Shown here piece by piece: positions 11,691 through 19,770 of a DNA stretch of 64,000 bases. How positions within the stretch are numbered: the first letter of the stretch is position 1; every line of letters starts with the position of its first letter. The notes under the pieces were generated by a model, which was given only the letters and a program-made list of their open reading frames with translations, did no database searches and was not told where the DNA came from. Both the position numbers and the translations under genes were made by a program. The stretch is from positions 445,256 to 509,255 of the forward strand of contig CAXBBG010000001.1 in the NCBI GenBank assembly GCA_963974105.1. Reading direction: 5' to 3'. Source of the stretch: an uncultured Magnetococcales bacterium (lineage in GTDB: Bacteria > Pseudomonadota > Alphaproteobacteria > UBA2136).

Positions 11691-12452
11691 TTAAATGGCA
11701 CATAAACCTTTCAAAATAGCCATTGTTTCATCGGGGTTTTTAACAGGTATGGTTTGGTTTTGAGTGCTTTCAGCTTTTAGCGCTTGAGCAAGTTCAAAAT
11801 CATTACCATTTTCATGCATTTGATCGCCAAAAAAGACGACGCTTTTATCGGAAATTTCACGTAGTTGATTTAAAACACTAGCCTTTGATAATTTCTTGTT
11901 AGAAAAATCAATGGTAGTTTTACCAAAAACTTGAAAATCTAGATTGGGTGTGTAATTGCAACAATTTAAAACGTTGCAAGCACGCATTAAGAAATTAGAT
12001 TTCTTGTTCCACTCAATAAAAGCTTCACGTTGTTCTGGTGTTGCATTTTGCCCCAAAGGGGTAAAGGCGCCAGTTGATGTACGCTTGATGATATGACCGC
12101 CTGTTTTGATAGGAAATTCACAACTTTCAAGTAAAGACTGTAAAAGGTCTTTTAAACCTTCTGGCCACGTGAATAGATGTTCAGCAATCACAGTGTGGTT
12201 GTGCACAACTTCCATGCCAAAGCAGCAAAAGCTATAAGCTTCGCTTAATATACTTTGTGGTATACGCTTTTCAAGATTTGCGTAGTCACGTGCAGTAGCA
12301 AAAGCAATGGTATAACCTTTGATGTTTTGGAGGTAGTCAAGTGTGTTACACATTTCGGCGCTTAAAGGCTGGCCCGAAGGTGCGATTGTTTCATCCATAT
12401 CAAACATTAAAATGTGTGATAAAGCGTTCGCTTTTTGGATTGAGAAATCCAT
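11691..12452 (-). CDS. HAD-IIB hydrolase of the eukaryotic-type phosphomannomutase (PMM/Sec53) family, paralog 1
   Basis: Has the DMDET HAD motif I, and a C-terminal FFGDQMHENGNDFELAQAL...PDETM block matching the PMM signature FFGD..GGND.E. It is clearly paralogous to 25086..25826, sharing motifs FTWPEGL, TGGH/TGDH and FFGD..GND. Confidence 0.6.
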   Translation of the reverse strand: MDFSIQKANALSHILMFDMDETIAPSGQPLSAEMCNTLDYLQNIKGYTIAFATARDYANLEKRIPQSILSEAYSFCCFGMEVVHNHTVIAEHLFTWPEGLKDLLQSLLESCEFPIKTGGHIIKRTSTGAFTPLGQNATPEQREAFIEWNKKSNFLMRACNVLNCCNYTPNLDFQVFGKTTIDFSNKKLSKASVLNQLREISDKSVVFFGDQMHENGNDFELAQALKAESTQNQTIPVKNPDETMAILKGLCAI

Positions 12453-12554
12453 AGAGGGTCCTTAGGAGGCTAAAAGCCGCCAAAATGGGGAAAAAGATAA
12501 AGTGTTTTTACTATTGTTATATATATAAGGGGGTGGGTTTAAAATTTCAAGTTT

Positions 12555-13619
12555 TTAGTCGATATCTTTTTTGAAACTTCCGTCACATGCACAGAAGAAT
12601 TGTACATTTTGAAGTGATGTGAACATTTCCTTTTCTGTACCTGTGAGCCATATTTGACTGCCAAGCTGAATAAGAGCGCTAAAAAACCTTTCCTTTGTTT
12701 GGCTGTCAAGGTGCGCAGCCATCTCGTCTAAAAGTATAATAGGTGCTTCGCCTGTTTGTTGATGGGTTAGGCGGCTATTGGCTAAAAGTATTTCCAGTAT
12801 TGCGCGCTTGTGTTGCCCTGTCGATGTTTGGGATAGGTTGATATTTTCAGGTTGAAGAATACCTTCAACGTCGCTGCGGTGCGGGCCGAAATGGCTACTG
12901 CCAAAACGTCCGTCTCTTGTGCGGTTTTCGTATAATTTTTCTTGAATACTTTTTTTATCAACCTTCTCCATACGTTCAAATGACCCTGTGAGTTTAAGGT
13001 CAATTGCATCAAGATGGGTTTTAAGCATTTTTAAGTAATGGTTGCGAGACTGGCTGATAAGAAAAGCAAAATGAGAGGCTTGCTCTTCCTCTATATCAAT
13101 CCATGTTGTGGCGGCATTTTCTTTCAGTAATTTAAGGCGCGCTTTTAAATGATGTTTATAGCGGTTTAAATGTTGTGCATGTTGAGGAAAATGACCAAAA
13201 GCAAGGCGGTCTAAAAATTCGCGTCTTTGGCTGGCGCTATCCATAAATAACCTGTCCATTTTTGGCGTGAACCATAAAATATTACCAAGGTTTGAAAGCT
13301 CGGCCTGGGCTTTGGCTGCTTCGCCATTTATTTTAAGCTGGCGCTTCCCTTTTTGGTAAAGCATACCAACTGTATTTTCTTCATCTTTATTGTTGATGTT
13401 GCTATGCAGTGCCCATGTTTTTTCATGATGCTTTATATGGTCATCTAACTTGTGGCGGTGCATGCCGCTGCCAGGAGAAAGTAGAGATATAGCTTCAAGA
13501 ATACTTGTTTTACCAGCGCCATTTTCACCGTAAAGTGCCACAATAGGCGCGTTATCTAATTGCAGATGAGCGCTTTCTATATTGCGGAAGTTGGTAAGCT
13601 TTAAACTGGTGATTTTCAT
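12555..13619 (-). CDS. recF: DNA replication and repair protein RecF
   Basis: MKITSLKLTNFRNIESAHL...GENGAGKTSILEAI (Walker A) and an ABC-signature-like LLDE region, in the dnaN-recF-gyrB context. Confidence 0.9.
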   Translation of the reverse strand: MKITSLKLTNFRNIESAHLQLDNAPIVALYGENGAGKTSILEAISLLSPGSGMHRHKLDDHIKHHEKTWALHSNINNKDEENTVGMLYQKGKRQLKINGEAAKAQAELSNLGNILWFTPKMDRLFMDSASQRREFLDRLAFGHFPQHAQHLNRYKHHLKARLKLLKENAATTWIDIEEEQASHFAFLISQSRNHYLKMLKTHLDAIDLKLTGSFERMEKVDKKSIQEKLYENRTRDGRFGSSHFGPHRSDVEGILQPENINLSQTSTGQHKRAILEILLANSRLTHQQTGEAPIILLDEMAAHLDSQTKERFFSALIQLGSQIWLTGTEKEMFTSLQNVQFFCACDGSFKKDID

Positions 13620-13810
13620 AAAAGCATTTTACATAGAAGTGTGCCGTTTATCAAAAGCTTTGTAAGCACTATTTGACATTTATGTGGGGATGGTGGTATA
13701 CAATTTGCGCTTGCTTATACTTCTTGCCTTTTTTGGAGGGTATTTGCGTTTCATGCATAGTTATAAAAGAACCCGTCGGTAAAATATATTATCGCTGGGT
13801 TTAATTTTGG

Positions 13811-13842
13811 TTAAAAAAAGCGCTGTATAAAAATACAACGCT
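13811..13842 (-). terminator. Rho-independent terminator between dnaN and recF (minus strand)
   Basis: Minus strand reads GCGTTGTAT-TTTTT-ATACAGCGC (9-bp stem with one G-U pair) followed by TTTTTTT. Confidence 0.55.
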
Positions 13843-13863
13843 TCCTGTAAAAGTTGCTAGCGA

Positions 13864-14979
13864 CTAGATCCGCATAGGCATCACAACGAAGAGGCTTGAT
13901 GCATCGTCTGGGTCTTTTACAATGACAGGTGACGTGTTGTCTTTAAAGTAAAACAGCATATCTTCACCTTCAATGTGTCCGCCAATTTCGCTTAAGTATT
14001 TAGCGTTAAAGCCGACGTCTAAGTCGTCAAAGTCGTATTCAACTTTTACTTCTTCGAGCGCATTTTCTTGGTCAGGGTTATTGGCGCTAATCATAAGGTT
14101 GTCCTTGTGGATACCAAATTTTATAGAGCGTGATTTTTCATGAGAAAGAATAGATACACGGTCAACGGCTTGCATTAAAGCTTGGCGTGACACATCCATT
14201 TCTTTTTTGTTATCAACAGGGATAACGCGTTCGTAGTCAGGGAATGTACCGTCGATAAGTTTGGATGTGAATGTAACGTCACCCGCTTCGGCTTGAAGTT
14301 TTTTCTCATTGATTGTGAGTTTAAGCTTGTCGCATGTTTCAGCAAGTTTACGTAGCTCAACTACAGTACGGCGTGGAATAATAACACCTGTTAGTTCAGC
14401 GGCGCCTTCTGGTAGTGCAAATTCTAAACGTGCAAGGCGGTGTCCATCTGTTGAAACGAAGCGTAGGTGTGGTTGGTCACCATCTGTTGAAACGTGCATG
14501 TATACACCGTTTAGGTACTGGCGTGTTTCTTCTGTAGAAACGGCAAATAGTGCTTTTGAAAGAATGCGACGTAAGTCAGTTGTATCCATTTCAAAAGTAA
14601 CACCATCGTCAAGGCGTGTCATGTCAGGAAAAGCATCTGCGTTTAGGCAAGCAAGTGAAAATTTGGCTTTGCCAGCACTTACAGCAAGGCGGTCACCTTC
14701 ATTTGAAAGTTCCATGCCAACCATAACCCCTTCAGGGATTTTGTTGATAATCTCATAAAGTTTGTGAGCGCTGACAGTTGTTACACCTTCTTGCTCGGTA
14801 AAAGCTTCAGTTGAGCCTTGAACGGTGATGTCGTTGTTTGTCGCTGTGATTTCAAGCAGGTTGCTTGTTGCTTTAAGTCTAACGTTAGAAAGGATGGCAA
14901 TACTTGTGCGTTTTTCAACGATAGATTGCGTGTGCTTTAACTGCTTGAGCAAAGTTTCTCTAGAGATGGATAATTTCAT
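13864..14979 (-). CDS. dnaN: DNA polymerase III beta sliding clamp
   Basis: 371 aa starting MKLSISRETLLKQLKHTQSIVEKRTSIAILSNVRL..., a three-domain clamp of typical length, located between dnaA and recF. Confidence 0.93.
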   Translation of the reverse strand: MKLSISRETLLKQLKHTQSIVEKRTSIAILSNVRLKATSNLLEITATNNDITVQGSTEAFTEQEGVTTVSAHKLYEIINKIPEGVMVGMELSNEGDRLAVSAGKAKFSLACLNADAFPDMTRLDDGVTFEMDTTDLRRILSKALFAVSTEETRQYLNGVYMHVSTDGDQPHLRFVSTDGHRLARLEFALPEGAAELTGVIIPRRTVVELRKLAETCDKLKLTINEKKLQAEAGDVTFTSKLIDGTFPDYERVIPVDNKKEMDVSRQALMQAVDRVSILSHEKSRSIKFGIHKDNLMISANNPDQENALEEVKVEYDFDDLDVGFNAKYLSEIGGHIEGEDMLFYFKDNTSPVIVKDPDDASSLFVVMPMRI

Positions 14980-15166
14980 AATCTGACCCTTGGTTTACGT
15001 TTCGTTTGTCTTTATATTTATACACTTAAAAACAGGAGAAAGGATACCACATGGAGCCATGAAGTAAAAGGCTTTTTGCGTATAAAAAAGCCATTGAGGG
15101 TGTAAATTGAGACAGGTGAATATTTAAAGTTGTTTTACGCTTAATTTTAAACTGTAAAAGCGTGAT

Positions 15167-16633
15167 TTAGAGGGTTTTGAGGATGTTTTCAAGTAGGTTA
15201 ATATCCTCAGCCATGCTTGTATCTGTATTTTGCAGCTTTTCCACTGTTTTAGCGGCGTGCATGACAGTTGTATGATCGCGCCCACCAAAAGCTTTGCCAA
15301 TTTCTGGGAATGACTTTGTGGTGAGGTGTTTAGCAATGTACATCGCAATTTGCCTTGGGCGTGCCACGGCGCGTGTGCGGCGGCTTGAACTCATATCACT
15401 CACTTTGATATTATAGTATTCCGCTACTTTTTTCTGAATTTCAGCAATCGGCACTTCACGGTCAACGTGTCTAAATAGATCTCTTAACAGGTCTTGCGCG
15501 GTATCGATGGTGATTTCTTGCTGAATAAGAGTGGAATGCGCTGCAATACGGTTAAGCGCGCCTTCAAGCTCACGGATGTTGCTATCAATTTTACTGGCCA
15601 GCATCATCGCTACAGGGCGGGTAAGCTCTATACCTAAGGAGGCTGCTTTTTGGTCTAAAATAGCTAGCCTTGTTTCAAGGTCTGGCTTGTGTACTTCTGT
15701 TGCAAGGCCCCAACCTAAGCGTGAACGCAAGCGGTCTTCAATACCCTGCATTTCGTGTGGTGACTTGTCGGATGTTAGAATAATTTGTTTACGTTCACTC
15801 ACCAAAGATTCAAAGGTGTGGAAAAACTCTTCTTGGGTTGCTTCTTTACCTGCAATAAACTGCACATCATCAATCATTAAAACATCTACATTACGGAAAG
15901 TGCTTTTAAATCCGTGTGTGTTTTTGTTTTTAAGAGCGCTGATAAAGTTGTGTAGGAATTTTTCGGCGCTGATGTACATCACGCGTCGACCTTGTTGGTG
16001 CTGGTTAATGTGCCAGGCAATGGCATGCATAAGGTGTGTTTTACCTAAACCGACGCCACCGTGTAAAATAAATGGATTGTATGCAATGTCAGAACTTTCA
16101 GCAATACGCTTCGCCGCAGCGTAAGCAAATTCGTTGGATTTACCTATCACGAAATTGTCAAAAGTAAAGCGTGGGTCAAGCGGGTTACCTTGGTAAGGCG
16201 CTGGTTTTTGTCCGTGTGATGACATATTTGGTTGTTGCATGTACGGCATGTGCTGCATGTGCGGCTGAACCATAATTGGAGCGGCTTGCATGGGTGCCTG
16301 TTGTGCAGGTGTAGGTGTAGGGGTTTGTGCCTGTGTTTGAACTTGCGCAGGGGCTGGTGGCGGTGTTGGTTCTGTCATGACCGCTTTAACTTTAAGCTCA
16401 AGGGTTACAGAACAGTCTAGCGCTTGCGATAAGCCTTTTTTTATAAGGTGGCTGTAATGGCGTAATACCCAGTCGTGCATAAAACGGGTGGGTACAATAA
16501 CAGTGACGTTTGCGCCTTGCGATGTTGTATAGTCAACTTCTAAAGGGGCAAGCCAGCTCATAAAGCTGTCTTCACCGACTTCATTCTTAAGCCAGTCCCT
16601 TACTTGGGCCCATGATGTTGAGTTGACTGTCAT
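15167..16633 (-). CDS. dnaA: Chromosomal replication initiator DnaA
   Basis: AAA+ region GGVGLGKTHLMHAIAW, a Pro/Gln-rich linker, and the C-terminal DNA-binding helix-turn-helix (RPRQIAMYIAKHLT...GKAFGGRDHTTVMHA). Confidence 0.97.
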   Translation of the reverse strand: MTVNSTSWAQVRDWLKNEVGEDSFMSWLAPLEVDYTTSQGANVTVIVPTRFMHDWVLRHYSHLIKKGLSQALDCSVTLELKVKAVMTEPTPPPAPAQVQTQAQTPTPTPAQQAPMQAAPIMVQPHMQHMPYMQQPNMSSHGQKPAPYQGNPLDPRFTFDNFVIGKSNEFAYAAAKRIAESSDIAYNPFILHGGVGLGKTHLMHAIAWHINQHQQGRRVMYISAEKFLHNFISALKNKNTHGFKSTFRNVDVLMIDDVQFIAGKEATQEEFFHTFESLVSERKQIILTSDKSPHEMQGIEDRLRSRLGWGLATEVHKPDLETRLAILDQKAASLGIELTRPVAMMLASKIDSNIRELEGALNRIAAHSTLIQQEITIDTAQDLLRDLFRHVDREVPIAEIQKKVAEYYNIKVSDMSSSRRTRAVARPRQIAMYIAKHLTTKSFPEIGKAFGGRDHTTVMHAAKTVEKLQNTDTSMAEDINLLENILKTL

Positions 16634-16669
16634 CTTTTATTCGTTACCCTTATATATTAAATAGTCCAT

Positions 16670-16697
16670 AAAAAAAGGCTACCCGAAGATAGCCCTC
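16670..16697 (-). terminator. Rho-independent terminator after rpsT, 35 bp upstream of the dnaA start
   Basis: Minus strand reads GGCTATC-TTCG-GGTAGCC followed by TTTTTTT. Confidence 0.7.
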
Positions 16698-16733
16698 TCA
16701 TTCGCTAAAAAGCGATAAAGTAGAAAAGCTACC

Positions 16734-17000
16734 TTATGCTGTAAGGCCTTTTACGCGTGTGCTTAGGCGAGAAACTTTGCGGTTAGCAGTTTCTTTTTTC
16801 AAAATGCCTTTAGATGCACATTTGTGTAGCTGTGACATTGCTACAGTAAATGTTTTACCGATAGCGTCTTTGTCGCCAGCTTCAATAGCATTTTCAAGTG
16901 CTTTTACAGCTGTACGCATACGTGTACGAACAGCTTTGTTGCGCTCTGTTACAGCTTCTGTTTGACGAATTCTTTTTAGTGCTTGCTTATGATTAGCCAT
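16734..17000 (-). CDS. rpsT: 30S ribosomal protein S20
   Basis: 88 aa, MANHKQALKRIRQTE...NRKVSRLSTRVKGL; basic and of typical S20 length. Confidence 0.9.
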   Translation of the reverse strand: MANHKQALKRIRQTEAVTERNKAVRTRMRTAVKALENAIEAGDKDAIGKTFTVAMSQLHKCASKGILKKETANRKVSRLSTRVKGLTA

Positions 17001-17101
17001 AAGTTAACCTTTCTTTCTTGAAAGTTATACCCTAACTTTGATTGTACCATTACAATCAGTGAGCTATTCAACCGAAGTTGTTGGGCTTCATTTGTTTGGG
17101 G

Positions 17102-17174
17102 AATTTACCCTGTGGATAAGTATATGTCAACCAGTAAATGTAAGGGTTGCCGAATTTTATCCACAGGGTAAATT
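17102..17174. promoter_or_regulatory. Perfect 18-bp inverted repeat carrying two consensus DnaA boxes
   Basis: AATTTACCCTGTGGATAA (17102-17119), a 37-nt spacer, then TTATCCACAGGGTAAATT (17157-17174). TGTGGATAA and TTATCCACA are exact DnaA-box consensus. A separate palindrome TGATTGTA-ccat-TACAATCA lies at 17039-17058. Confidence 0.6.
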
Positions 17175-17213
17175 TAACGGTTTGGTTAAATATGGCTCTT
17201 TATGAGGTTTTTG

Positions 17214-18806
17214 CTATGCTATGTACCCCATATCACCAAAAGTGATATCTTCTTCCAACTCTTCACTTACACCAATAATGCTTGCAGGGTCAACAAAGTC
17301 ACCTTTTTCAAAAATAGACAGTGCGTCTTGTACGTAAGCTTCACGGCGCATACCACAAAGCACGGATGTCACACCAGGGACGCTGGCGATACTATTCATG
17401 GCAATTTGCTGTAAAGGTGCATCTTTCCATGATTCCGGAAGTCTATCACGGATCTCTATTTCTAGGATTTTTAGATTTTCAGCATCTTTTTCACGCATGT
17501 CTTTGCGTAAAGCATCTAGTAGTGTTTTTGCTTGCTTGCTAAAGTTCTCTCGTACAAGAGAAAGTGAATCGGCAATTTCTGGCTGAGAAATGACAATTTC
17601 TTCAATCACGTGATTCATCATAGCAATGTGCGGTGTGAAAAACATGGTGGACATATGGTCAAGTTGAACGCTGTTACTGACTTCTTCTAAGATTTCGTCA
17701 CCGTGAGCTGTAAAGCTGAACAAAGGTTGCTCGTCAATAGACGGCCACCCATTTAAAACCTTGTTTAAAACATCTTCAGTTTGTTTAATGGCGCCCAATG
17801 CCTCTTCAACAGTCGGCACATTTTTTTCGTCGGCGCTGTAGTTGCTTGATAATCGGTAAACACCGCCAGACATTGGAAAGGCGTTTAAAGGACGGTTTGC
17901 AAGCACGTTGATGTGCATGCGGCTTGCTAGTTCTAAGGTTGAAACACGCTCTTCGCCGTCAATAATTTGTGCGGTCGTGTTTTCTGTTTTAAGTGCGCCG
18001 AGCTCTAATAAATTAAAGGGCATTTCAATGCATCGAAACGCTGAACGTTTTTTACGTCCCCACGCAGTTGCTGCTGCATTCGTTGCGGCTTTAAAAACAA
18101 GGGCAAGGTCAGTGTGGTCTCCTTGGTCGCTTTCAACACCAAAAGTGTTAGAAGAAACGCCATAACAGCCAATAACACCTTCCTTAACCTTAAGCTCTAA
18201 AAATTCAAAAGCTTTTTCAATGCGGCTATAATATAAGTTTTTAAGGTCGTCAGTTAAAACGCCTTCGGTTTGGCTAATAGCATGGCCAATAAAATATTCT
18301 GGATTATGAAGAAGGTAGCAGTCGATATGCTCAACATTTAAATTTTCTAAAGAGCTTTTAAGTTGGCGCTCAAGGTTTGTAGGGTGAATGCTGTGCCATA
18401 GTTGATCGTTGATTTTAACGATTTCTTCTATGTGTGCATTTTCAGCTTCAAGCAAGCTTGTGCCTTGTAAGTATCCGCCTTTTGTGACAATGACGATTTC
18501 TTCACGATTTAAAAAGTTTTTTGTGTGTAGTTCTGTCAGTGTTTCACCAATAAACCTTTCACTGTCACCGTCCATGTAGTTACTGGAAGTGTCGATAATA
18601 TTTACACCATTTAAAAGAGCTTTTTTTAAGGCAGCCCTTTGAATGCTATCGCCAATTGTTCTGTAGGCACCAAAACCAACTTTGGATATAGTGAATCCTT
18701 CAAATATACGCCAACTGTTTGGGCTAATTTTTGGGTTATGCTGCCACATACGGTCTGCATAATTTTTTGTTGCTGTTTCGGTTGCTTGTCCAGGTATTCT
18801 TTGCAT
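17214..18806 (-). CDS. Aldo-keto reductase family oxidoreductase (with ~100-aa internal insertion)
   Basis: N-terminal AKR (beta/alpha)8 signature (FGAYRTIGDS...GVNIIDTSSNYMDGDSERFIGE) and a C-terminal AKR end motif (SVPGVTSVLCGMRREAYVQD). At 530 aa it is longer than a typical AKR. Confidence 0.65.
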   Translation of the reverse strand: MQRIPGQATETATKNYADRMWQHNPKISPNSWRIFEGFTISKVGFGAYRTIGDSIQRAALKKALLNGVNIIDTSSNYMDGDSERFIGETLTELHTKNFLNREEIVIVTKGGYLQGTSLLEAENAHIEEIVKINDQLWHSIHPTNLERQLKSSLENLNVEHIDCYLLHNPEYFIGHAISQTEGVLTDDLKNLYYSRIEKAFEFLELKVKEGVIGCYGVSSNTFGVESDQGDHTDLALVFKAATNAAATAWGRKKRSAFRCIEMPFNLLELGALKTENTTAQIIDGEERVSTLELASRMHINVLANRPLNAFPMSGGVYRLSSNYSADEKNVPTVEEALGAIKQTEDVLNKVLNGWPSIDEQPLFSFTAHGDEILEEVSNSVQLDHMSTMFFTPHIAMMNHVIEEIVISQPEIADSLSLVRENFSKQAKTLLDALRKDMREKDAENLKILEIEIRDRLPESWKDAPLQQIAMNSIASVPGVTSVLCGMRREAYVQDALSIFEKGDFVDPASIIGVSEELEEDITFGDMGYIA

Positions 18807-18994
18807 GGAATTTTCCGCTCATTTTAATGAATGTTTGTGGCGTATATTGCCATTTTTTAATAGATCTGTCACTTTTATTTATATGGTATTTGCCATTTAT
18901 AGCAGTTCGATATAAACTTTAAAAACTGCATGTGTCTATACTTTGTGTTTAGGTCGGCATTTTGAAAACAAAAAATAAAAGGAAATACTACTAG

Positions 18995-19708
18995 ATGAAA
19001 AAATTAATTCTAGCAGGCGTTCTTCTCTTCACTACGATGGTTGGTCAGGTGCAAGCAGAAGAGTTATCTAAAAAAGATATTGAAAAAATCATAGGTGAAT
19101 ATATTGCTGTAAACGGTGGTGAAATTGCCGACTCTGTGGACAGATATTTAGAAGAGACACGTCGTGAAGCTGCTGCAAATCTTGTGTCAGAGCACACGCC
19201 TGTTTTTGGAAATAAAGACGCTAAAGTAACTTTAATTGAATTTAGTGATTTCCGCTGTGGTTACTGCCATAAAGTTCAGGAAACAATTTCTCAATTACGT
19301 GAAAAATACGAAGGTAAAGTGCGTTTTGCATTTAAAAACATGCCTATCCTCACAGAAGAATCTCGTCAGGCAGCGCTTGCAGGTTTAGCTGCTCATAAAC
19401 AAGGGAAGTTCTGGGAATTTAACGCAAAGCTTTGGGATAACCAGCCACGTTTAGGTGATGAACTTTTTGTTGAACTTGCAAAAGAAGTGGGCTTGGATGT
19501 AGATCAGTTTAACACAGACCGTGCATCTGAAGAGATTTTTGCACAGGTACAGATTGACTTTGAAGATGGTAAAGGCGCTGGCGTACAAGGCACACCACAC
19601 TTTATCATTAACGGTAAGGCGCTTTCTGGTGCTCAGCCAATCTCTGCATTTATAGATGCAATTGACGAAGCTTTAGAGTCAATAGCCTCTACGGAGCCGG
19701 CAAAATAA
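18995..19708 (+). CDS. Periplasmic DsbA-family thiol:disulfide oxidoreductase
   Basis: Signal peptide, a CxxC active site in FSDFRCGYCHKV, and the DsbA helical insertion. Confidence 0.7.
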   Translation: MKKLILAGVLLFTTMVGQVQAEELSKKDIEKIIGEYIAVNGGEIADSVDRYLEETRREAAANLVSEHTPVFGNKDAKVTLIEFSDFRCGYCHKVQETISQLREKYEGKVRFAFKNMPILTEESRQAALAGLAAHKQGKFWEFNAKLWDNQPRLGDELFVELAKEVGLDVDQFNTDRASEEIFAQVQIDFEDGKGAGVQGTPHFIINGKALSGAQPISAFIDAIDEALESIASTEPAK

Positions 19709-19770
19709 ATAAATCCATATCCTTTATTTTTTAGTAAAGGGTATGGCTATTTAAAATAAAGGACATTACC

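Noticed and set aside
14980-15166. dnaA-dnaN intergenic region as a candidate oriC
   Set aside because: I found no TTATCCACA-like DnaA boxes and no marked AT-rich unwinding element here by eye. The only consensus boxes near the locus are upstream of rpsT (17102-17174).
15531-16124. 197-aa plus-strand ORF inside dnaA
   Set aside because: It is antisense to the dnaA AAA+ domain. Its Cys/Arg-rich composition has no domain and no independent support.
17102-17174. Interpretation of the DnaA-box inverted repeat as the complete chromosomal origin
   Set aside because: It has only two boxes and no obvious adjacent AT-rich 13-mer-like DUE. It is more consistent with a regulatory or titration site or a structural hairpin; it is kept as a finding with alternatives.
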